Positions 1 to 23,662 of a stretch of DNA of 64,000 bases are shown here, piece after piece. The stretch comes from Phallusia mammillata (Eukaryota). Where the stretch lies: assembly GCA_965637545.1 (NCBI GenBank), contig OZ281498.1, positions 5,952,001 through 6,016,000 on the forward strand, given 5' to 3'. The translations under genes and the position numbers were made by a program. The notes under the pieces are model-generated. The model made no database searches. It saw only the letters and a program-made list of their open reading frames with translations, and was not told the DNA's origin. The number at the start of each line of letters is the position of its first letter. Positions within the stretch are counted from its first letter, which is position 1.

Positions 1-596
1 TCCCTTTACCATTTTCTCTAATGATTCTTTCACCTCTGTAAGCTGGTCAACTGTTTCCTGCTTTAAATCATCATATTCATCTTCCAGTTCCTCCCTGAAA
101 CATACATGAATAGCAAACAAGGGCAAAAAAATCTGGGGTATACACAGTGAATTTGAAGTTTTTGTTTATGCAATATTCTTTTTCTGCATATTGATCATTT
201 TACTACACAGTGATTATACAAGTAAAAAGAGGTTTCTTGGGCATAATAAGTAATGTTTTACAATATACTTAAAGGCAGTGGTTTTGACTTCGTGTCACCA
301 AAAACAGGACGATTTTTAGTTAAGGACAGAAAATATAATAAACACGGCAAAATATAAACATAGTTGCGCGAATAATTTTGTTTGACACCAACAAAACAAG
401 GGGAATTTACATTTTTTAAAGTTAAAACGGGGTTAGCAAAACTTACGTTAACGTTTTGATTGTTACTAAGCGCCAAAATACATGCGTAAACGTACTTTGC
501 TTCTTCCAAATCAGCCAGCTGTTGTACAAGCCGATCAATCTGGTCTTGTAGATTTTGTTGCAAAACTTTGGATTCCGCTTTTCCTCTGGAAGCCAT
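1..596 (-). CDS. LZIC: LZIC (leucine zipper and CTNNBIP1/ICAT domain protein), 3' part outside window
   Basis: Exon 596-496 gives MASRGKAESKVLQQNLQDQIDRLVQQLADLEEA. It splices in phase 2 (GT-AG) to exon 94-1, EELEDEYDDLKQETVDQLTEVKESLEKMVKG. Both match the N-terminus of vertebrate LZIC. Confidence 0.93.
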
Positions 597-1983
597 GTCA
601 CATGACTTAGAAAAACTAACTTCAATGATTTCGGTCTTCACAACAAAAGTGATTTTCTGATCGCAATGGTTGCGTTTGTTTAAGCTCAGAAGCCATTCAT
701 TCAGAAGTTGGTCGTGCCTTGCCTTGCCTTCTTCTTTCGCATGTTTTCCTTGTCACGACTGAAAGCATTCGCTGGCCTTTGTACATTTCTATGAAACTAT
801 CGCACATACTAGTCATTCGCTTTGTGAACGGCGACGAACGTATCAGACTAATTGTTAGGTTGTACTTTTACCTTAGCAGTGGTCGTCACCTAGTTCGTCC
901 AAGTAGTTTAGTTTAGTTTGTGAGATCGGCGACTTTTGTTGTAAAACTGTATCTGTTGTACGACTAGCATGTGTGCGTGTTTGCCTGTTTTGCTTCTGTG
1001 TTTGGCTTATGTTGCCGATATTTTTTTGGCTTGAAGAGCCGTAACCAATCACTATATGTCACGTATTAGTTACTGTTTTGTAGCTTATGTCTAGTGCAGG
1101 GAAAAAAATTAAACAAAGTTTTTTTGTAAAGCTACTTAAACCCATTATTCAAAACTTTAAACAATTGGGATTTTTTGTTATCTATAGATATACAAGCATT
1201 ATGTAATCTACAAAACGGTTGTGACATATTTCATAATAGTTGTATCATGCCTGGTACAGCTACTTAGTTACAACATTTTAGTCTGTTGAATCAAGATTTT
1301 GCCCCAAATTTGATCATCTACTCAAGTGTTTATTTGACAAAATTGGTTATCCATTGGTTTAGAATCAGCTTGTATTGATGTGTATGTATTCAAAGCCTAT
1401 GACCAATGATTCATAAACTGAATGCCCTTCTGTCTTTGTATGATGCATTTCTCAGCATGTTTATAGTTTTGTAGCAAATAATGTTTGCTGTTTGAATTAA
1501 GGATACATGACATATGACCATTGAATTGTGCACTTCTGCGGTACACCAACCAACTAAAAAAGTGTAAATTCAATTATTTAATAACTCCAATGTGTTACTC
1601 TCTTTGGTTGTAAATAAGGTCAAAATGAAGCTATGGTGTTATGTCGTGCACACCTATGTTTCACCACCAAGCACATAGCATAAGATAAAAGTTGCACTTA
1701 AATACTGTGTTACTCAAGTTGGAATTATCTAGCGGTATACACTTTAAGAATATCTGATCTATATTGATGATGGTCAAAACAGAAAACAATCATTAAACTG
1801 TTTTACCAGAATAAGCAACAGATCAATCTTATACATGCGCTGAAAGTTTTTCATAATCTTTAATGTCATTTTTAGTGTTATGTGTAAAATAAAATGTAAA
1901 GAAATGAAGTGTATAATATAACCCCCCAAAAATTAGCATTGGCTGATGTATGACTTGATTCACCCAGCCAGTGTCAGCAAATA

Positions 1984-4900
1984 ATGTTTGAATGGGCTAT
2001 TGCTACAGATGATGCCTACTATCAGCAGTCAATAGAAGAAAAAGAGGAAGAATTTAATAATGTGGTATGTTTTTTTAAAATTTATATATTTTAATGTATG
2101 TCCTAGGCTATAGTACATACTTGTAAAAAGAAGGTAATTCAAAGTTTACAAATTTTTTTGGTGTTTTTTAGGTCCGAGAAAACATCATTGCACTTCTTAC
2201 TTTTATTGTCTTGTACATTTGTTCATATTTTATAATCTTACGGTACCACGAGAAGCGCGAACGCGATGGATTGTATGACACTGATGAAGACGCACAGGCA
2301 TACAGGTACATATTAAGCTTTTTCCTATAATTTGTACTAACACTTACAGATTTTATGCGTATTTTGGTAGAATCTCTTTTTATTTGTGCTGTTTTACATT
2401 GGCTGTGTCATGTGGAAGTATCTTTATGTTGCCTATGTCGATGATTGGAAATGAAGTGGTACACTTACATCCCGATAGTTACTGGGTACAATGGTTAAAT
2501 GGAGCATTAATTCACAGTAAGTTGTAATTACCTCACATATAATGAGTATTTGTAAAGGTGATAACTAATTAACTCATATTGTTACAGCTTTTTGGCAATG
2601 GACTTTCCGATTCAGCAATCTTTCTTTATTTGTCCTGCTGCCGTTTTCTTACTTTTTTACCGAATCGGAAGGATTTTCTGGATATCGACGTGGACTCATG
2701 CCACGTGTTTATGAAACTCTAACAGTGTTGTTGCTTCTATTAGTTCTTGTATTTGGTTTCTCTGTGTTGGCTTTAGCCTTTTTTGATAAGGATGATTCAG
2801 CCCAGGTGAGCAAACTATCTTGGTTATGGTGCAATAGATGGTAAACTATGATTTCGTCATACTGTATTATGTGTAACGCCTAACCAATGTTTTCATAAGC
2901 AAGTGTTATATATATTTATTTTTTGCAGAAAATTCTTGTGATGGTTAGTGAATCTTATCTTCAGTACTTATACTCATTTCTTCTATGTGCAAGTGTTTTT
3001 TTCATGGTGGCTGGATGTGCCCCTATTGGTTTTATCACACTGTTTGATGCTGTCGGCCATCTGCTTGTGAAACCCAAAATTTTTGAAAATAATGATGAAA
3101 AGATTGCAAGGGAAGCAATGGAAGAGGTTTGTATAACCCATGTACCAACTGTGTATAATCCATTCCTATGTCCATAAATAATCTTAATATACACTACATG
3201 CAACCAGGAGTTGTATCAACCTGATTAGTAACCTAATAGTAAATTTTAAATACTGACAAGGGGTATAATAACAAAACAAATGACTTTATAATAGTGCATG
3301 ACATTTTTGAGTTGAACTGGCTAATCATATAGTCACATGTAATAGCTTGATACATCATAATTATAGTTATTAGAATGATGTGCAGCATAAAACAGGAAAC
3401 TGCATTTTGTAAACTGTTAGAACTAAACAGGTTTACTATCTCCAGGAAATGCATGAACTAAACAATGCACACATTTTATATTGTCAGGAAGCACTGCAGC
3501 AAAAACTGAAATCGAAAACATTTGTTGGTCGGCTCAGTCCCACTAAGTACAAAGAATTGCAGCAAAAGTTACATGAAGTCCATGACAATAGAATGAAGTT
3601 AGAAAAACGTAAAAAAGCTTCCTCTTTTGAACGAAACATCGGTTATCCGTTGGTTGTACTAATTATTTTGGCGCTAACAGGCCTTGCTTTGTTTTTGGTA
3701 AGTAAACATTTTTTGAGACACTTTGGGGCACAAATTCATAACTTCGATTTTTTGAAGGTCTCAATCCACATTTTGAAGTTAGTGTTTATTGGTGACCATG
3801 AACTACATCCCAGTACAGTAAAAGAAGAATTTGGCAAGGATTACAGGTAATACGGTTTTTACTTATTGATCAACTAAATCCCCAAGACCCCAGCACACTT
3901 ATGCGCAATCTATTTAATGTGAGGCAAAACATCATTGACACAATATTTCGTAAATCATGTTTTAGCTTCAACATTGTACAAGATAACTTAAATTCAATAA
4001 ATTGAATGCGCTTTTTGCACATGCAGTACACCCTAATTTACGTAAAACTTTTTGATAGTGAGCGCATAATCGTTTTTGTTTTAGTTATCAATATGTAACA
4101 ATTCAAGACATGATATTTGTTCACAAAAAGTTACTAGCATCCTGTATTTGCACCAGCACAGCAAGTGATATGCAACCCAGTGTTTTAAGTCAGAATAATC
4201 GAATTGTGTGCAAAAATACATAATAAATAAAATACCCTAAGGTACCGGTTGGGAACCACTGACATAAACACTAACTGTTGTCCACTTGTGCAGAAAATTT
4301 CAAAGCGAAAAAACATGTCCAAGATCTCCAAGTATTCTTGAACAACCAGCCAAACCAGCTAATTCACATTGGTGGAAGTTTTGGGCAGCCTCTACATTGG
4401 AAAAAGAACCACCAAAAGAAAAGGGTCATTGCCCTGATGCAGCAAAATTAAAAGATGAAAAATCACATTTTCATTCGCTTGGTGCTGCCTCACTGTCCAC
4501 GTTTGGTCTTGTTGGAACACTGCTTGAAGCGGTTGTAATTTTGTACCTTATGCTTGCTTCTGTCATTGGATTTTACAAATTGCCCGGCTTCAAAAACCTG
4601 CGACCCATAGCCCATGAAACAACCATGACAAAACTCATTGCAAACTGCTATGCCATGCAGTTGCTCAGTGCGTCTCTTCCTGTGCTATCGAGAGTATTAG
4701 GTAAGATACAAAGTTAGTTTTGTGAGTCACAGACCTTTTGTTAAACACGTTCTTTCTCGCAGGAATTACTGATTTTGACTTGCAAGGAAAATTCGGGACA
4801 TTCTCCTGGCTTGGTGACTTTCACATTATTTTTGCCTTCAATGTTATTTTTGCTGCCGTCACTGCTTTGTGCTTGGTGAGCAAGGTGACTGCCAAGATTC

Positions 4901-5534
4901 GTTATGAGCTTTACAAGGCACTGCGTAAGTATATATTAAGCTTTACTTTTTAGAAAGACTGCTAACTGAAGTTATATGTTTCTATTTTTTATCTGTGTTA
5001 AAATTTGAACAACAATAAGCACAATTTGCCAATTATATCCAACCTTAAAAATATCAATCTTGGTTTACTCTTTACTTAATGTCATACCATTTTTTGTAAC
5101 CACTACTTCTAAGGTGGTTTGTAAACATTTAGCTTGGCTCTCATCTTCTATAAAAATTAGTGTAACAGGTTCAGTGTAAAGTTGCCTGTTATATTTTTAA
5201 ATATGTCAGTAATAGGACACCATTACATGTAACTTACACTGTGTAAAACTGCTGTGTTTGTGTTTCAGAGTACAACCGCAATGTAATAGTGCATCTGGCA
5301 TTGAAACACAAGCTGCCATTAAGTTCTGCCAGCAGTCCAGCGGGTGCACAGAAAATCAATTCAAGCACTGATGTTTCATTTATGTTGGGTCAACGTGAAG
5401 CAACTGAAGCAGAATTAGTTCTTCCAGATACTGTGAGTCCTGCTACACCGAAAGACACTGATGGTGTATCGACAACACCATTCGCGTCGAGGACCTTTTT
5501 AACCACTACAGCTCCTAAAACCGCACACCATTAA
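1984..5534 (+). CDS. LMBR1: LMBR1/LMBR1L-family multi-pass membrane protein, 10 coding exons
   Basis: ATG at 1984 (MFEWAIATDD...EEEFNNV|VRENIIALL). Conserved blocks: YWVQWLNGALIH, GHLLVKPKI, LEKRKKASSFERNIGYP, ASLSTFGLVG, ETTMTKLIANC, LPVLSRVLGITDFDL. GT-AG junctions are in phase; stop at 5532-5534. Confidence 0.95.
4247..4261. mobile_element. Solo right terminal inverted repeat of a hAT (Buster/Charlie-type) MITE
   Basis: GGTTGGGAACCACTG is identical to the right end of the 20170-20807 element and is followed by acaTAaac. No matching left end was found. Confidence 0.45.
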
Positions 5535-6280
5535 GCTGCGGTGGTTCAGATAACCTGAAGATGCAAGTGGTGCTTATTTATTGCATCAAGTTCATAGTTT
5601 TACACTTTTTTGTTAGTAATGCAAGCTTGTGCATTTTTTGTTGAACTTCACTTGTACATGTGTGCCTGCCTTGCAAGCGTCTAGTGCCAATGTACAGTTT
5701 AAATTCTGTTTAATTATAATTTTTTAGATATAATTTCGTACCGATTAATTTTGTTTTTTTTCGCAGTTCTGTTATCTATATTTTGTTATAGTCAGCATTT
5801 ATGGCACCCATTCTTCAAGTGGTCTGTGCTTCGCAATGCTGGACCCCAAGTGAAATTTTAAGAGTGGCTGACACCATGATTTTGTGTTGCTTTTAGCGCC
5901 ATGCTCTTTCTTAGTTTCTCATTTTAAGTCATACCAGAAAAGTAGATTGGCAATATTTTGTGTACCGCTTTTTTTCTGGACATGTCAAAATCTTCAACTA
6001 GCTTTGCGTTTGCTCATGGCAAGAGTTGAATAAACATATTTTACACTTTAAGCAAGGTTTGTGTAGTTAACAATAAAGTTTCAAATTAACAAAGACTGCC
6101 AGCTGAATTAAACAGATATAAATGTATCTTATAAGAAAGAGAGAAATTAAACAGATAAATAGTTTATAAAAGTTATATTTTAGTAAGCTTTTTTCTCACA
6201 GCAAGCAGTTTCAGTTATTATGGGTCCCCTTCTATGAAGGGGACACATATTGTTTTTGTCCGTATTTTTTTTTCGTTTTT

Positions 6281-6603
6281 CTGTCTAACGCTGGTTTGTT
6301 AAACGCGTTTGGTCAAGAAAGAGTGCTCCAAATTTATTAAAATTTAGACAGATGTTACATATTAATCCAAATTTGATCCTCCTGAAGTTTGACCCCGAAT
6401 GACCCAGCGGTTCACCCACAGGATTTACCCATTTTTACCCCTTAAACCCCAAAATATTCGTTTCTGTCTAACGCTGGTCTGTCAAACGCGTTTGGTCAAG
6501 AAAGAGTGCTTTAAATTTATTCAAATTTACACAGATGTTAGTTATTGTTTAAAACCTGATCCTCCTAAAGTTTGACCCCAAATGACCCAGCGGTTCACCC
6601 ACA
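6281..6603. repeat. 183-bp tandem duplication (~1.8 copies) inside the Helentron-like element
   Basis: CTGTCTAACGCTGG...GGTCAAGAAAGAGTGCT...GACCCAGCGGTTCACCCACA starts at both 6281 and 6464. Confidence 0.9.
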
Positions 6604-6752
6604 AGCCCCCAAAACGTAAAGTTTTGAAAACGGCTGTACTGACTAAAGTACATGATCTAAGAGTTTCATGCTTTGTTGGTTGGTGCAATGTAAGGTATTC
6701 TAAATACTTTTCTAATTTTTTATTGGATTTACCCATTTTTCACCCCTTTAAG

Positions 6753-6816
6753 CCCGAAATAATCGTCACCCCTTTGAGCCCGAAATAATCGTCACCCCTT
6801 AAATCCCGAAATAATC
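6753..6816. repeat. 26-bp minisatellite, ~2.5 copies
   Basis: CCCGAAATAATC(GTCACCCCTT) starts at 6753, 6779 and 6805. Confidence 0.9.
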
Positions 6817-8548
6817 TTTTTTGGTTTTAGGCCAGAAATACAAGCTCTAATGTGCTGAAATTTCAAACAATTGTTTGCAGTAGTTTACTCGTTTAGTATT
6901 CAAAAATTTGCCTTAATCGGCCAAATAATGACTTTTACAGCCCATAGTTTGTGTACACTGTCAGTCAGACAAAAGTCCCAAGAGAGTCATTCACTGGTTT
7001 ACGATTAAAACGGTTTAGTGCAGAGCGGGAGGGATCAGCTTGACGTCCGGACAGACGTTTTAAGAGACAGTCTTTTCAGTGATTAGAAATCATCTGTTTT
7101 TGCGCAGCAATGCCATGTCGTTTTATAAGTTATCACTCGCACTTCCAGCAAACGTTTTACGCCTAAGACGTAATTTAAATTCGATAAAAGTGCTTCGGTT
7201 TTGTAAATGTCAAGCAAAACATTGTTGATCAACATAAAGGTGAAAAAATAAACATAATTTCTTTTTATAGCCGTGATAAATAGTATTTAAATTCTCGTTG
7301 TCAGCTTGGCCGCCGCATGACCACAGGTCACTAAAGGTCAACTTGTAGGTATTACAAACACAGTTAAGATCGAATTTTCGTCACAACGTAGCTTCATTAT
7401 TTTTGACAAACCAATACTCAAATATAAATTAGGCAAACCGGTATTGTTTTACACTAAGTCTGCTTGCTATTGAAAACGGTGTCAAAAAAGGTTACTAAAG
7501 GTCAGTGAGAGGTTACTAAAGCTCAATGGTAGTCGTTTTGCGAAACAAAGTTAAGTAAAAAAGCAATTTGTTATGTATACCTGTGCAGCAAATGGCTGTT
7601 TAATTTATAGTGTCTGTAATTAAGGCTTTGTAGGAAAATTTGTTTAAAACCCGACCTTGGACGACAATATCTGGGTCGAAGCAAGAGATTAAATTGAAGT
7701 ATTTGTATCGTTTTTTTAATGTTTTTGTAATTATATATATATATGACAATAATAGTGCCAAAAGAATACGAACTATTTTTTTTATTGTTGGGTTAATGCT
7801 TTCTAAAAATTTGTCCTTAAGAATCTAAAAATCACCGCAACATTTGTTTACCGTAAATCCGCACAAACACGCGTGTGGGGACCCATTAGTTTTTGTTTAC
7901 AAAAACAATCATATGTGTAGATCAAATGATGTGTATGGTAAATTGGTAAATATCGTATAGAATATATAAAATGGAAGTATATCAGAAAGCCACTCTTCTA
8001 GTTTTTTTAGTCTTTAAATGGCATGTTTTGCCATTTTTGCAGGCATTTGATTAATAATAAGTGTTGCAGAATTCAATTCCTTTAGTAATCTATATAAAAA
8101 CACACTTCTGTTCAATTTGTAAATTTCTTTCTGAATACATATTGATTGCAAGATTGCACAAACTATTAACAGTGATTATTAAAAAACGAATGAGAAGCAA
8201 TAAAATAAACAAATAATATAGTCACAGAATCATTGGAACAAGAATGTGAAAAAAGGCAAGATGAACACCTAATTCAAGCAGAACATCTTACAATGAAAAA
8301 CATAGTTTTCACAGTTAGGATATAAATGAACTGACCAATACATTTTCATATTGATTGTGACATGATGTAGCACATAATAGATCAATTAAATATTTTTGTT
8401 ATGTTTGAAAAGGTTAGTGAAACACTGCAGATGTAGCAGCAAAATATCAATGGAATCTAATTGCAATATATATGGGCAACTCTGGGCGTATGGGTAAAAA
8501 ATAATAATAAAAACTTGTTTTGAAGCAAGGTGTATCCTAGGCAACAAT

Positions 8549-11500
8549 TTAGTACTGGTCAAGCAGTTTCCACATGTTTGGGTAGCGAATCATGTTTTCT
8601 CTTAAAAATATCACATCTTCTGCATGTTGTTTGGTGTCTTTGTCCACACAGAGGACTGCTGGACTTTTAAAGACATACTGGTCAGGCTGGGCAACTGACA
8701 GGGGAACTTTAAGGTATTTTAAAGCAAGCTTTGATAGATCCGGCCATGTTGTGCTGTATTCCATCCAGTAAACAACAAGGGAAGCAGGAACTGAAGAAAA
8801 GTCATTCATGTACTCTTGTACCTGATGTTGTATGTTGTTTGAAAACTTCAGTTTTCCAAATGAAGGGCAAGAGGTTGCGGCATTCATTGCTTCCACAGTG
8901 TCATCCAAGTTAGTTTTTGCAATAAAATGTGAGATTCGTTCCAAACAGGAATGTGGTATATGGTGCTTTAGCCTAAAACACAGTAAAATTGAACACATTT
9001 GAACCACTCTTTCCAGAACGAAGATTCGCTTATGAAGGTAAAGTAACAACTTAACTAATTGTTATCTCATTAAAAACATTACATTATTTCAGAAAACATT
9101 ACATTATTCAAAGTTCTTACTGACCTATTCTTTGTACCTTTGTTAATTTTTTTAGATTCTGAACCATAAGCAGCAACCCCGTCAAGTTTGGGTTGCCAAG
9201 TTTAAAGAGATTATCAAATTGATTGAAGTAAACAGGCCAAACCCACATTGGTCATAAAAAAACTTAAACAAAGCAAAATGCGCAAATTGTGGTACAATAT
9301 TTCTGTTATTATTTTTTTAATTTCTTGGTGGTGGAATATATATATGCGGTTGGGCTTGTTTATTGTAGGCTTAGACTAGGTATCCATTTATTGCTAACAA
9401 CAATAACCCACAGGCAAGTTAGTTTTGCATCTACTGTACAACTCTAAACTCTGTTACATGAAACAGAAACATACCCAGGGTGCAAAAAAGTGCTGACGAG
9501 GTAATCATTGTGGTCAAGTGCTCCATCTTTTAAAGTTAAGCAAGCTTCATAAAATTCATCCAGCAAGTTCTTAACAACATGATTGTCATCACCATCTCGC
9601 AGTTTTCTGAAATTACAGCAGAAAAAATTAAGTTGATTGAAAAAACAAGACCTTACTTCTAAACAACATGGTTTAACTAACCATAAATATTCAAATATGC
9701 TTGGGTAGCAAAACAGTAATGTATATTTCTTGTCTTGATTCAAGCATGACATTTATTTCACTAGCCAACTATATACTATCTACCTTTTAATTAATAGTTT
9801 ACATATGAAATCTTACTTCACTCTTGATGTTAACTCCATGGCAATTGGAATGCCATTGCCGAGACATGCATCTCTGCTTGCTTCTTCCATAGCCTTTTCA
9901 AATGGTTGAAAAATATTCACCAAAGAAAGACAAATTTCCCAATCTTCATCACTGAGATTGGTGCATATGTTATCAGTGGTTTCTCCAAGCATTGAAATTT
10001 CACTTTTCAACTCCAACAGCCTGTGCATCATTTGATACAGGGACAATCCATTTTGTGAGGTTACTGTGGCAAGAAGAAGTGGCTGTGGGCGACCCAAATT
10101 GACTTGAATTCGTTCAAGACGAAGCATTGCACTATCAGTTTGTTGAAAGTATGTAACAATTTCTTCAGCCCTTTGAATTGCTTTATCGACTCTTGTTCCA
10201 GTTTGCTTCGCCATAACTTTAGCAAAGCACTCTTGGAGTTGGGACCGAAAACATGACAACAATTTGAAGTTTTTGAGGATTTTAGCACTTTCTATTGCAC
10301 TGTTTAGAACTTTGTTTGTACCCACAACAACATGGGTGACATGTGGTCTCCATTTCTCTTGCAAAGATGATTTACTTTGCATATTTCCGACACAAAAAGT
10401 GTCAGTGTCATCTTTTAGAGGTCCAAGAGCATGTAAGTCATCTTTTGACCAATCCTTACTGAGGTATGGCTCAAATGCATTCGAAAAAATATCAAACAAT
10501 TCATCAGATCCTGCATTAGAATTTAAAAAGCGAAATGCAAGCATCATTTCTGTTTTGGCGTTCTTTGAAGACACAAGGGTGGTACATGGTAAATGATGAA
10601 GATTGTTGGAATGGACATAAATGGCTATAAAAGAACAGTCAACCTGAGGCTTAAAAAGTTCGACAGATAAAGATACAGAAGGAACAGATTGTACAGTGTC
10701 TCTGATGTACTGTGTCATTTTTTTCTTGGCACAGAAAATGTTGTGTAGAATATGCTTTTTTGACATTATGTAATTTGGATGGGCATTCCTAATAAGAGCT
10801 GAAAATCCAGTACCATCAAGAATATGACTGGATGGTAAATCATCTATTAAATACTTAATGATGCTGTTTGTAATTTTTTGTTCATTGTCATTATTTATCG
10901 AATTGCCTGGTTCAGTAAACTGGTCTTCAGTACTAGATTTTAGCGAGTTGTCAAAATTACCAGCTGATGAGTTTCCAGCACATCCATCGAAATGGTCAAG
11001 ATCATCTTTCATTTCATCATATGGCTGCAGTACAACATATTTTTCAGTTGGGGCATTTGAGACTGTATTTAAATTCAATTCAGAACAGATTTCACCATCT
11101 TCATCATCATTTTGGGCACCAGCAAGGCTTGTCGAGGTTTCTGCACATGGCTTTGAATCAACACACTTCTTGTGGTGAACCCACAAATTGGTGGTGTTGC
11201 CAAAAGGTCTCCTTATGACTAGTCGGCAAGACAGGCATATTGCAGACGATTTGTCCAGTGGGCTTTGAATAAAGTAGTTCCAGACTTTAGATTGCTTTTT
11301 TACAGGGGAGTTTTTTTTCTTTGTTGTAATGATCTTTTCGTGTTTCGGAAGTCGGTTCGGGGCAGGTCCTTTGTTTTCTAAACAATTCTTTTTGTGTTTC
11401 CATAAGCACGAAGTATTTCCACCTGGAAATCTCACAGGCTTTTTACAAGAATGACAAAAGGCATGTAGGTTGTTTTGGTCTGGTGTAAAATAATTCCAAA

Positions 11501-11717
11501 CATGTGATCTTTTTGCATATGTTCCTCTTATTGTTCTTTTTTGTTGGCCTTTTTTCCCAGCACTGTTTGAAATAATTTGGGCACTACATTTTTCATAATG
11601 CTTCCATAGATTAGTAGTGTTGCCACATGGTCGTTTAATTATCTTTTTGCACAGGTTACATGTCACCAATTTGCTGTCAGTTTCACACTTTACAAAATAA
11701 TCCCATACTTTTGACAT
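8549..11717 (-). CDS. ZBED-like domesticated hAT transposase derivative (3 BED zinc fingers, degenerate RNase H-like core, hATC dimerisation domain), 818 aa
   Basis: Exons 11717-9817, 9606-9475 and 8972-8549 join in phase. There are three S.VW.YF..C..C..GNT..LW.H..C fingers. STFLHPG|LK corresponds to the hAT T.LDPRFK motif, and YW..WPDLSKLALKYLKVP to hATC. Confidence 0.88.
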
Positions 11718-12876
11718 ACCTTTTGTTCATACTTTAATTAATTTTAAACCAATATTTATTTACATGTTTTTCCTAAACAAATAAAAAATGGCGTACATTA
11801 AATTAGTATTGTTTTTTTGTCAATACTTCGCAGCACGTCAAGAACAAATAGTTCACCAAACCAAGGTTCTTGTTTTAATATTCCTACGCCGTGGCATTAT
11901 TTCGCATTCATCACCTCTTTGTACAAAATATTATCACGAAAGTACATCAAACATGTCTATGTAAACATACACAAAACGTATAATTTCATTTTTGTACAAT
12001 TCAAGGTTTCTTTAATTTAGTAATAAACTGCGCCATTGTCCAGAAAGTTGCACATGCGCCGCCATCTTTATTCGGCGCTTGCGTTCGAACAGCCAGAAAC
12101 GGCGCTAGGAATTTTGACATTTAAGGTAGTTTACAAACTATATACATTTGGTCAACTAACACACAACTACATTCTTTACCAATTTACAATTGCAAACATA
12201 ACGATTACCCCTAAAGGTTTGTGTTTTTTATCTGGCCTGTAGTGTTTGTTTCAGAAACTGGCGTGGCTGATGAAACGGCGGCGCCAAAATTACATACGGC
12301 AACCAGTCTTCTCTCAAAGCTAAGCCTATCCTATCCTATCCTACACTACGCAACACGCTACACAGCTAAAACTGGCGAGAGAGAGCCTCGCTGGTAATTC
12401 TCTCGCATGGCATTGCTTTTTTCTCTTCTCTCGTTACGAGATGCTGTCAATCAAAAGGACAAATTGTCCAATCAGACAGCGTACCGAGCCGAATGCGAAA
12501 CCCAAATTTGGCATGCCGTGCTTCGTGAAGCAGAACGCGCCGCCTTTTCAGAATTTTATAAATAGCAGCAACACGGCATGGAATGTTCAGTCGCTGCGGT
12601 AGTGGTCTGGCAGCATTATCTCTGAAAGAAGCTGGGCTGCGTCGCTCTGATTCATCACAGATATCTTCATCTTTTTAAAAAGGTAGAATTATGATTTCAT
12701 TTGTTTACCTATGGTGTACAGAAGTCATGTTAAAAATTAAAAAAAATATGTTTTCTTGTCAGTTTATTCCTTGCTCGAGATCGCGCGTCGTGTGACGTCA
12801 TCGCCTGAGCTGTACAAAACCCGAAGCGCGACGCACGTTGCTTACAATTTGGCGCGTGTGCTGAACTACAGCAAAC
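11718..12876. promoter_or_regulatory. Divergent promoter region shared by the ZBED-like gene and POLR2A
   Basis: The two ATGs are 1.16 kb apart, head-to-head. Motifs seen: YY1-like CCGCCATCTT 12059-12068, CCAAT 12468-12472, TATAAATA 12557-12564 and CRE TGACGTCA 12793-12800. Function is inferred. Confidence 0.6.
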
Positions 12877-23367
<10,491 letters not shown>

Positions 23368-23662
23368 GGACTATGTTACATGAAATTGGGTTGTAACTAT
23401 TCTGCTGTATCAACTTCTTTGATTATGCAATATATATGTTTTGTGCTTGTGGGGATGATAAGAAACTGTATGGTCATTTGAGAATTGGAAATGGATTTTT
23501 GCTGTACAAGGCTTCGTTATCAGCTTTAATGTTCAATAAAATTCAAACCCAAAAAGTGCGTACCATCAAATAGTCTCTGAAGTCATAAGGTTTTATTTCG
23601 TATCTGAATTAGTTTATTGGCCACTGCAAACGATAAAATCACACCACAGAAAATGAGAAACA

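Larger units (their letters stand above)
6215..7894. mobile_element. Non-autonomous Helentron/HINE-like element (~1.7 kb)
   Basis: 5' subterminal ATGGGTCCCC (6220-6229) overlaps a perfect 9-bp hairpin GTCCCCTTC-tat-GAAGGGGAC (6224-6244). Its inverse GGGGACCCAT is at 7877-7886, followed by TAGTTTTT. Internal tandem core repeats are present and there is no ORF. Confidence 0.62.

Noticed and set aside
697-786. 29-aa uORF (MYKGQRMLSVV...) upstream of LZIC on the minus strand
   Set aside because: No recognisable homology, and closer acceptors (~636, ~606) could exclude it from the mRNA.
8549-11717. Active autonomous hAT transposon mobilising the local MITEs
   Set aside because: Catalytic residues are degenerate, introns are present, and no TIRs or TSD were found.
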